A program made the position numbers and the translations under genes. DNA of 64,000 nucleotides from NCBI GenBank assembly GCA_043228905.1, contig JBHGNT010000022.1, positions 10,912,001 to 10,976,000 of the forward strand. The letters are read 5' to 3'. Numbering within the stretch: the first letter of the stretch is position 1; every line of letters begins with the position of its first letter. Positions 53,121 to 64,000 of this stretch are shown one piece after another. Origin of the DNA: Azolla caroliniana (Eukaryota > Plantae > Polypodiophyta). The notes beneath the pieces are model-generated. The model was not told where the DNA came from, ran no database searches, and saw only the letters and a program-made list of their open reading frames with translations.

Positions 53121-54290
53121 CAATGAAGATGATAGTGAGTAGGATGAAGACAATGTATTAGTCTTCACAAATAAGATGTACCGGATAGATGAATTTAAGG
53201 ATAACCTAGATTTTGAGGAAATCTCCTTTAATACAAATTTAGAGATTCCTATCTAAATTTTTGAGGAGCCACAAAACCTAAAGGACAATGAAAACATCGA
53301 TATCTTTATCAAAATATTTGAAAAACCTACACTAGATGAACAGTGAACGTCCAGTCTAGAAAGCTAAGTTGGAACTTATTGATGTAACATATGTATTTAA
53401 TTTCAAATTCTAGAATTTACATTATTATCTTTTTGGTGGGTAATTATTTAATGTTGGAAAGTGGGGCTCATCATGAAAGTTAAACTATTCTATTAGGAGC
53501 TCAATTCCATTGAAACTCATTTTTAGATTAATTAATAAATAGCAATTTAACAAAGTAACTAATTGCCAATAGAGAAAACAAAATTCGTGCCTTGCAAGAT
53601 TGCAAGAGAACTATTTTTTTTTCAAGATAAACTTTGTTTACCATACAATTCCAAACTCTCTTTGTAATTCCTCCATGATGAACTTCTTGTGTGGTTTGTC
53701 TTGATCCCAATCGCAATATTAAATGATAATGTGATAAATATTTGTCACATACCCATTAATAATAGACAAAGGTTGTGGTGGAGGTAAGAACCTTCTCAAG
53801 CAGCCAACCCAATAGCGTCTATAACTTTTAGTGAAAGATTGATGCGAATGTGATAACTAGTTTCAAGAAAGACCCATCAAAATAACTATAAAATTAACAT
53901 AAAACTAGTATGATATTCTAATGCTAACATGGAACACACACATTCACTTCTAATGTGTTTCCACCCGATAAAAATATGACTAGACAAGCTCACTTAATCT
54001 TTTTTTGAACTACACCCTACCTCCTAGATGAATAATGTTAATGTTCAAGTCAATCTCGTGTTGGATTCAGAGAGACCCGAAAATACTTGTTCTAATAGGA
54101 AGCAATTGTGTATCATTATGAGATTGTTAGCCTTGCCTAGTTTTTGCAATGAAGATGAAATGTTTGAGGCAATATACCCAAAAATCGACTATGTAGAACT
54201 TCTCGTACATCTCAACTTGCCAAAAAATACAAAGACTTGAAATTATACTAAATATAAATGACAATATACCTAAATTAGATCAATTCACTA

Positions 54291-54559
54291 ACCTTCAACT
54301 TACCTTCGACTTAGCTTGGTCCCATGGTGTCATTAACTTGAACCTCTTTTTAACCATGAAAATGAAGTTAGCATTTACTATTACGATTCCATGTAAGGAA
54401 AGATAGGGATAATTAATGCATATACCTTCAACTTACCTTCGACTTAGCTTGGTCCCATGGTGTCATTAACTTGAACCTCTTTTTAACCATGAAAATGAAG
54501 TTAGCATTTACTATTACGATTCCATGTAAGGAAAGATAGGGATAATTAATGCATATACC
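54291..54559 (+). repeat. Apparently perfect 133-bp tandem duplication
   Basis: ACCTTCAACTTACCTTCGAC...TAATGCATAT occurs twice. Confidence 0.9.
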
Positions 54560-55009
54560 TAGAATTTGCAAATGTAGGCACATGGTTGAGCAAGGTAGTG
54601 TGCTTGAACATTGTAGTATGTCTTGATGTATTCATCACTTGATGGTGACCTATTGATGTGGGTATTGTACTCTTATTGTCGATTTTGGCATTCAAAATTA
54701 AAGTATGTTAATTTGCAATTGACTAGAGCACTTATGGAGCTCATCTAGATAGAGCTTGTAAAAACTTCATCTCCTCTTTACACTCCTTGTTGGTAAGCTG
54801 CAATCCCTTATAAGATTTCTCATGACGAAGAGGAGTGTTGGAATGGTTGTTGGCAAATCAGTAAATGACTCCATATTTATATAAAGTATATGTTGTCTTG
54901 TATGTAGGATTGTACTTATATGTATGCATGTCTCTATACTAATCTTATGCATTTGCAACTTTTAGTATCACATTTTGGGTAAAATGGAGATGATAATATG
55001 TACCCATTA

Positions 55010-55080
55010 TGGTGTCAATGGGGATCAAACCCTTGACAATTTTGTTAACATTCATTAGCTCTTACTAATTGAGCCATCAT
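55010..55080 (-). pseudogene. Degenerate tRNA-derived sequence (tRNA pseudogene or SINE head)
   Basis: Minus strand TGGCTCAATTAGTAAGAGC (A box)...TGTTAAC...GGGTTTGATCCCC (B box)...CACCA; acceptor stem does not pair. Confidence 0.5.
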
Positions 55081-55428
55081 TTTTCTTTTATTTTTAACAT
55101 TGTTTTAGTTGTTACTAATGGAGACAATTCTTACTTTTTGTTTTACTATCACTTTGATTAGGCTCTTAAATTACCATCGAGTTTAACACCTTTTTCTCCT
55201 TTTGCACACACCACATCGTGACATAGATTAGATCATTATGCATCAATTACGAGATGCCCTCATATTCAAAGATTCAAGAGAAGGAGAAATCATATTACGA
55301 GAATGAATATATTATGTTTAAATCATAATTTTCTCATGTATATCCTTGACAAATGGGCCCTTTAGGAGGCGTATACCCTCTCTCTCACTTGTTAATCGCA
55401 CTCACTCCTCATCACACTTACTATATTT

Positions 55429-56007
55429 TATTTTTATTTTTATTTTTATTTCCAAAAAACTTTCCTTCCATTAGTTATAAAGATTTTACAAATGAGATAT
55501 ACAAATCCCTATAGGGACACGATAGGTCCATCTTACGTGGATGCCCACTGCCTCAAGAAAAGGAGAGGACGACCATTGCTGGATAAAGGCTAGTCGTTGT
55601 CTTTCAACTCTATTAGAGTCGCCCTTGAGGCCATGATATTGGCTCTTTAGAGTGGCTACAACTTCACTCCATGTCTCTTGCATTAACATTATTGGTTGCG
55701 CGCTTTGGCTGGAAAAACCCTTTCTTTCAATTCACAACTAGATTAGCCGCTTACTGCAATTATGCTAGGTGCAAGGCTCAATCAAGTGGGGGAATGTATG
55801 TTGGTTATCAGGGCAAGCCCCAATTGACAGCTATGAGCATCAGGAAGAGGGGATAACTTTGGTTATAAAAGCACAAGAGATTTTTTTCTCCACCATCGGC
55901 AATATCCACTCAACTCCAATTAATGCCAAATCTCAAGTTGTGTTGGACTTGGTCAGCCCAATAACTCTTTGGATTCTATGGAAACAACGGTGTAGACGGG
56001 TGTTTTC
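55429..56007 (-). mobile_element. 5'-truncated, 5'-inverted copy of the L1 family at 16153-20441
   Basis: 55429-55683 parallels 16153-16410; 55690-56007 is the inverted upstream part; 16-bp TSD CACAC(T/G)TA(C/G)TATATTT. Confidence 0.88.
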
Positions 56008-59000
56008 CACACGTAGTATATTTGTCTACCTTAATGTTTGTTAGTACTAATTAATAATTACTTATTTTGTAATTATTTTAAACATAAATATGATATGAAA
56101 GAGAAAACAAACCAATGAATGAAACATGTATGTATGTGAGAGTGGTTATGATGATATTTAAATGGCGTTGAGGTCTATAGCTCACAATGTCTTGTCTTGG
56201 GTTACTATAGCAGCATTAACTTTAGATAATTTCAAACATATGGTTACATGATACATCCATAGAATGATCACCCATTCAACCTCTTTTCAAGCTAAAGTGT
56301 GTTTTGTGTAAAGAAGGGTTAAGAAGATAGGCTAAAGTTAAAGTAGTAGATATTGGATGAGGGAGAGAGAGAGAGAGAAAGAAGTATTACTCTATTTCCT
56401 AGTATAGTTGGCAATTTTAACAACCAACTATGAGTACAATTGATCCTGAGATATGCTATAAAGACTTTACACAACCCATATTAGAGCAATCCTTGATGTG
56501 AGTGATGAAAACAAAGGAGCATTAACTTTGAGAGAGAACGAGAAACAAGTGCACATATGCAATCAACAACTAACAATACCTAATGGAAATTAAGAGAAGA
56601 AAATGTGTGTGGGCTCATGCACGTGACGATGAATTAGTGGAAGAAACAAAGTCCATGAAGACACTCTATCTCATTCGTGAAAGGGAGAGGGAGAGAGTTT
56701 TTCTAACATTGATAATGAAATTTGTTTGTCATCTAGCTTAAACATTGGCAAGAGCTAACATCGAATTCCAAATTAGTGTTTCATGAAAATGTTCACAGAC
56801 TGATTTATGTTCATCATTGTGTGCATACACAACATTGTATGCGTTTCAAGCTTAGTTGTCCATGGCAATTCACTATTTGCACACACATAATAGTAATACT
56901 TTAAAATATTTTAATGTTGTGCATGTTCTTTTTTTAACACACAATATATGGACATCATCAATATAATAGACATGGCAACACAACATTACCCACAAACACC
57001 TTAGTTTAATTCAAGGAAAATAATCCCTCTCATGCATCAATGTATCATATGAAGTGAATATAATAATTTTGTTTGTAGCAAAAGAAAATTAAAAACGCAG
57101 TAAACACAATATAGTTGACATTAATACTTACGTGAAGCACAAAAAGAGATAGTAGATGATTCTGGTCACCAGACGAAGACGAGAGAGCATTTGATCATAA
57201 TAAGAATATGAGAGAAGGATATATTGATAAGTATATTATTTATGTTCATGATAGAATGGTGATATCTATGAGATAGGGATTAGCCATGTCAAGGATAAGA
57301 CATGGATTCTATAATTTTTATGACTATGATGTTATAATTAAGAGAAGGGAGGAAAATATAAAAAGAGGAATCTTAGTCTGCTAAAAAACACCTCTCATTT
57401 ACGTTTGATGACCAAAAGCACCTCCTCTTGCTTAGCTTAGACATGGTATACAGTCCTAGCAAAAAACATTGGTTCATGTCTCCATGTCTCTCTCTCTATA
57501 TATAAGAACCTTTGGATTAGTAATCTGTCTATGTTTCAATATATTATCTAACAATTACGTCTTTCACACAATAGACCTAATCACATCTCCCTTTCTCTCT
57601 CTCTCTCTCTCTCTAACTTTAAAGGTGTCTCTATCATCCTTAACTGTAATGATATCCGTATAAGTTGTGCATTGGTACTAAATCCGCTTCAACATAAATT
57701 GTGACCAATTTATTGTAAGAACTTTTTCCTCTAAATATCTAACCTCAACGACCCAGAAATAGGTTAGACTTGTTATCTCTAAAATGTTAGCATCCTTTTA
57801 TTATATCTTGCGACTACGTAGGCTCCACTCAAGAATGGGACAAGAATCTCTATTTCTCTTTCTATCCCTATTCTTGACTTTAGAGACAACAAACTTTTTA
57901 GGGTAAAGAGAAACATTGAATCTTCTTTACCATTCAAGTCATGTCATCTATTTTTAATGTGATTGGTCTATATTGCCTTGGAACCAACTATGCTTGAAAG
58001 GAATACGAACCATACATCTCTTTACCTAAAACACTAAACTTTCTACTCACCAATCTTAAGACTTTAGAATATCTATCTAACCTTAGGATCTCTAGATCGT
58101 TTGCTTTAGGGTTGAAGGAAATCATGTTGTTTAGTATGATTGTTTAAGAATATCTATCTAACCTTAGCTTCTCTAACTTAGGTTTTGATTGTTTCTACCT
58201 TTAGATTTCTTACATGCATTGTCTTGATAATAAACATGCTCTTATCAAAGATGTGGTGTCACCTCATTGCAACCCCTTTGATGTGCCATGCCATTTCTTT
58301 GTTGTTGACATTCTTGGGAAGGTGCACCAATTTCCACTTAAATAGGTTAAATATCAATTGTGTTAGTTCATATGCCTACACCTCAACTTTCATTCATACA
58401 TCACTCATTTCTCTTGAAATAATTTGTTTAAAGTACTATAATGTTAGTATTCTCATTTCAAGGACCTAGACATCATCATAACCACCGCCACTCCCACAAT
58501 GATTTAGATTATGTCATAGTGAATATTCAAGGAGACATTGTCGATGCTTTCTCCATGTTTATGAAACCCTCTATTGTGCAGTTTAATGCAAAGCAATTTC
58601 ATTAACTTCAATAAACATCCATTTCGGGTTGACAATATGAATATATGCAGGTTAGTCTAGTCTCCTTTTGTCTAAAGACTAGTTATTTGCATGTTAATAT
58701 GTTAAAATTTGAAATTGAGGCTTTGAACATGCTTTGTAGTGCTAGAAGTAGTTTTTGTTTTTTTCTTGGATTCCATTGACTTTATTCATTGTTATTTTCA
58801 CATTATTTTCATATTGCAGAAGGTAAATCATCAGAAGCAAAATAATGTTACCTCAAAGATCCTCAGAAAGTTTTGAGTTCTTCAAGTAAATGTATTGATA
58901 GAAACAATTCCTTGTCTTTTCTTATGACAAAGACATGTGATTTCATATCCCTAAGAGTATGTTTGTTTTATTGGTGGTATGCATATTTTAAACTAAAGTT

Positions 59001-59358
59001 ATAGCTTATCTTCGTAGCCTAAAACTTGCAAGTTCGTACCCAAAGTAAATCCATTTGATAACAACAAGATCCAATAAATTGTCTAAGTTAGTTTATAATT
59101 CATATCTTGAACTTATAAACGCACCTCACATAAGATATATCAATGTGCTATATGAATTCATACTTTGGCCAAAAAACACTCACACATGTGTGCACACATA
59201 TACGTTCATGTTGTATAGAGTTTCAAACATTTTTTAATGTGTGTTATCACTATCTTTCTCTACATTGGAAATGCCCATCAAATGTGGAAATATTGATTGA
59301 TAGCATAACACTGATGGTCTCAACATATTCACTAAATTGAATTTGGTAAATATGACTT

Positions 59359-59908
59359 CTTTTTTTCCCTTGAAAGATATCCTTCATTAGTATTAAGAAA
59401 AACGCTGGAAGGCTACAAAATGTACAATCAGAGAGTGTTATATACAAAAGACATGGTTAGGGCAAGGACCAAGGGTGATGATATATCCATATCGGTCCTT
59501 GAGAGGAGACTGTGAATAGAGGTAGCTTCCTCCATAACTTGAGTAATTTTTTCCTTTTCTTAAGAACGAACCTCTGAAGAGCCTGACATAATGTCATATT
59601 GCCCACGCACTAACGCCAAGAAGCTCTCCCATAGTTCTGGTAATATATTTGAAAGAAGAGGAATTATGGAATCATATCGTCTTTTATAACGATACTTCCA
59701 TAAGATCCATAATGTAACCATAGATATTGTTTTCCATACATGGGTTGCACGCTTTTGCTTGCAAGGTTGCTGATAAAGGGGAGACAAAAAATAGATGCCC
59801 GTTGATGACTGTCATAGCCTTTGGAGCATCATCTAGCTCATACAACAAGAGACTGGAATGGAGAACCCCCCATACCGTTGATCCCTAGGAGAAGAGGCCA
59901 CCTGCATT
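59359..59908 (-). mobile_element. 5'-truncated L1-type LINE of another family
   Basis: 19-bp TSD AATTTGGTAAATATGACTT (59340-59358, 59909-59927); T-run tail; VTLWILWKYR motif. Confidence 0.85.
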
Positions 59909-62900
59909 AATTTGGTAAATATGACTTGTCACGAGATGTTCATTATCATTAATAAGGCTACACATTAGTTCGTTTACTTCAATTGTGCTCTTTATGGACA
60001 TTGGGTGGTAAATGTGAAACCATACCAAATCAGTTCAATGTTAGTTTGGTTTAAGATTCTTTTTGACAAATTATACACAATGAGCAAATCTAGTTAGCTC
60101 ATGAAAAATCCAAAGATAAGTTTTGAACGATAAGGAGGTTATATGTTATGAGACATGACTAATAACCCCTTCTTCGATGTACATTACTAATGAAGGAAAT
60201 CTTTTGGGGGAATACTAAATCTGACAACTATCATTCATAGTTCTGAGTTGTCTTCTATAAAATAAATTTAGTTGTTTTCAACACCTCAATTGTGGAGAGT
60301 AAATTTGTATACTTGTCATAAAAAGTGCCCTTTTGAAGCCGTGACTTTAGGAGAAAATTCTCAACTACGAAGTTTAGTGTAAATTTAAATATTTGAAACT
60401 ACAGAGAAAAGTATCAACGAGATGTCAGTGTACATGACTGCAAACTAGACAAATACATATTCTCAACTAAAATGTGTCAAATAATTTATTCATCATCAAT
60501 TGTTACTGTAGTCACCTCAGAGTCAAATTAGATAAATTTACACTAGAGGTAGTATTAAAACCTTTTAGCTTTAGATCTCAAACACTTGAAAGGTTTATGA
60601 TTACAAATTGATGTTTATATGCAAGTAATATCCTATTATATATAGATTCATATGGTACATTTCATGGATTATCCTTCATCAAGTTTCATTTGATTAGCTT
60701 GAAGTATGATAATTTAGGGTAAAATCCTAACGGTGTTCTAACTCCTCTCTTTTGAAGGGAGAAATATTCCAATTCAAAACAACAGATGGTTCTTCAACCT
60801 TGATTATTCATGTGCACAACGTTTTTGCATCAACGTGATCGTCCTATTTATGCTTAATGGGCATTGACTGGTAATAAAGAATTGCCATTATGTTTATGTT
60901 GAATGGCCAACTTCCATATGCATGCTAATGTATACATGCTAATGTAATAAAGCTAGGCCCACGTTCCGTTGTATTCAAACTACATGCTATGTTGTTAATA
61001 TGTGTGCAACTTTTCATATCAATGTGAAGATGTTACGAAGGTATTTCAACCCAATGCTATAAAGAGGGGCTCCTTTTGTAACAGTTTGATTTGGGTATCA
61101 CAAAATTTCATTAAAACATTCCATTTGTATGCTTTAACTTTAAACAAATATTATAAATAATGTTCCTCTAACTCATGTAAGCGAAACCATATAAAGGAAA
61201 TTGAGATCCACCTCAACAATGATGGACATGATTTTATTTATTTTGTGGCATGAATTGATTTGTAAGTTTTCAATGTACTCATTCTAGCTAGGTACCATGG
61301 CAATTCTTCCAAAATAATTAATCCTATATATACAACGATATACATTGTATAGTTGATTCATACCGAATCCTAATTGAACAAACACGAAACCTGAATCATT
61401 ATGTGAGCATACTATTTTAGATTTGAACTTCTCGATGCAATGGAAAGTCCTAAATAAAACTTCCAAAATTAGACCAAATCAATCACAATAAATGCCTTGT
61501 TCCTAATGTATGGCTCTTTCCTTTTCCAAGTACAAAAGCTCAATATGTATTTCATTCAACCACATTAATCACAAAGCACAATATTTTATTTGGCCTATTA
61601 CATTCCAAAAGCATAGATATTTCTTACTTTAATTAGTATTTGCTAGAATTATTTGCCATTTCTAGAATAATAACTATGTTTTGTTACCACTAGCACTTAT
61701 GCGGATCATATATTGTTTTGTTAATTGTAAATATGGCTATTCAAATCTTCATACGTTTATTTTCCCCAAAATTTAAAACAATTTGGCATTTTCTTTTACA
61801 TGACTAAAAGAAAAATGGTTGTTATAAAAGTTGAGGTGTATGGTTAAAAACTTAAGACTTAAGACTTTAAAAACAAGAAAAACATTCGAGATTGTCTCGT
61901 AAAACACATGAGATTCTAGAAATCAAGACCAAATCCATGCTTAGTAGTTTTTTGTTTCTTTTGAACCATTAACAATGAAAGGAAAAACTTTTTAACAGGG
62001 CCACATTGTCATGTGACATGTCTACTTATTGTGGTACCTTAGATTTTGTTTTTCCCTATGCAAGAAAACAACTTTAAAGATGCTTGGTTAACTTTTTGAC
62101 TTTGACCGGAGATAAAGGTATTTGTACTATCTAAATCCTTTTTATGGGCTTGTCAACCTCTTACATTACGCATATAGATACACGGTTTCACGCAATATCC
62201 CCTCTCACACACACAAGTCCCTTTATTCTCACATACACGTTTTCTCACATTGTTTAGTCACTTTGCATGTTCATATTCAAGTACTTTTTATGATATTCAT
62301 ATTTGTGCTCCTTCATTGATCTACTTGTTTTCATTCATGGGTTCACACAGAAATGCCATGTAAAACAAAAGGAGATGAAACGCAATGATTAAGGAGAAAA
62401 GAGAGAGTATAGTAAGGTGTAATTGGTAGCATGTTGCCATCCACTTCACATGCTATTTTCACAAATCATTCAACATACTCACCCTTACAATACACATTCT
62501 AGTAACTTAGGATTCCTATTGGTTATATCACTATTAAGGTAGTTTTACTATCAATGTGTTTTAGCCTACTAGGGCGATTACATCAATGTATGACGATAGC
62601 GCTTATACATCATCATTACCAAATGCATATTTGGCCTTGTCACGTATCATATGATCATGTTAGGTTTGTCATATATCATGTTATAACATAATTAAGCAAT
62701 ATCCATTAGCATTTGTTGTTGCGAACAAGAGAAAACTAATTGTAATAAATAATCACTATGAGAAAAGGTTAGTTCGCCAACCTAGTTTAACCATCCAACT
62801 CTAATGAAGAGAAAAACAAGACGTTGTAATAAGGTTGTGTTTGCATTTGCATGGTTTTATTCAATTATGTGAAAAATGAATTATAATATAGTATGTATAG

Positions 62901-63129
62901 TTTGAACATCATAATAATTGTATGTTGCATAATCTCTTTGTATCACAAACAGTGCAAAGCTTCTTTGATATAGTGACATGAATAGATATTTTATCATCCA
63001 TGATGAGACTAAATTTGACTTATAAAACCAAATCAATATATCTCATTGTGTGTAACCTCTTCCTAAGAAAGGGGGTTACTACTCTCCACTAATCTTTTGA
63101 TGTGAAAGCAATACACTTACATACATGTG

Positions 63130-64000
63130 CTCACATTATCATGCCCATCCAACAAGTCATCATATTTCTCGCAAATTACCTTATACATTGATCATGCAAT
63201 AAGTAAGTGATATTCATCCACTACTAGATTTTCATTGCATACCTTGCATATCTTAATATTTGGGTGATGATGCCATGATGCTACCTCAACACCTAACTTG
63301 CACAAGCGAGTTTGAAGAAGTTTTAAGACTCTCCAAGAGCTAAGGCTCATGGGGGAGTGAGATGCAATTGTCTGGCAATACTTACTTTTATAGGGACAAT
63401 TATTGGGAGTTAATACTATACTTACAATGGAATATTGCAAATTTGACATTTTAGCATCTTGCCACTAAATTCTTCGTGCCTCTAATAATCTATCCTCCAT
63501 GATTATATACTTCATAGCATCACCTAAGTAGTTCAATAAATGTTTTATTCCCAATCTCCTAAACCATTTCATAATGTTAAGCACCTCTAAAGATGAGAGG
63601 ATTAAACACTTATTATTTTTTTGTACCGTGCATCCAATCTTCCAAGATTTTTTGGTAAGTCTATGATTAGGCATATGTTCTTGACTTTTGTGATATACTT
63701 TTGTACTCTTTGCATAGCTAGTACCTATATGGACCAAGCACCCGTTTCAAATAACATGATAAGATAGGATGTTGAGGAGTTTACCCCCAAATATCTACAT
63801 AAGAACATTTTTTGGGATTTCCTCTATTTCATTTCATGCACTAAGTGAGATAGTGTCGCTACCTCACACTTCCATTCCATAAAGCGACAGTTGGAGCCCC
63901 ATAACATTGAATAACATCAATCTCATTTCCCATCCTCAACTATCACTTTGTTTGCATTGGTTCTCAAACATATAATAATCATTCCAGCGTACTTGAAGTC
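63130..64000 (-). mobile_element. Non-LTR retrotransposon 3' region (RTEX/L2-like C-terminal zinc finger), runs off window
   Basis: RLCKLGVEVASW...ICKVCNENLVVDEYHLLIA resembles the L.IE.GRW...CxxC...EDExH motif. Confidence 0.6.

Noticed and set aside
56030-59330. Host gene exons or a MITE (weak inverted ends ~57160/57415)
   Set aside because: No consistent reading frame, TIR too degenerate, no TSD.
60650-61560. Possible decayed transposase on the minus strand
   Set aside because: Only a vague LYNVYR...VPS similarity; no catalytic motif recognisable.

Overview
Eukaryotic plant genomic DNA, very TE-rich. It is probably from a fern or other non-seed plant; this is inference from the TE spectrum (Tcn1-like, Sola-like and RTEX-like relics, GA-rich LTRs). 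There is one intact host gene: an 8-exon plastid beta-ketoacyl-ACP synthase I (KASI, 24964-28683, +, 475 aa). It is surrounded by nested, decayed Ty1/copia and Ty3/gypsy elements, solo LTRs, L1-type LINEs (one with a twin-priming inversion), three hAT elements/MITEs with 8-bp TSDs, a Sola-like DDD transposase relic and a large old inverted duplication. The most unusual object is a TSD-bounded LTR element at 43446-46568. Its 5' LTR is followed by a normal tRNA-Arg PBS. Its 3' LTR is preceded not by a polypurine tract but by a second, oppositely oriented tRNA-Arg PBS. Its interior has been inverted, with a permuted 26S rRNA fragment captured at the breakpoint. All calls were made by eye; family assignments are unverified by database search.
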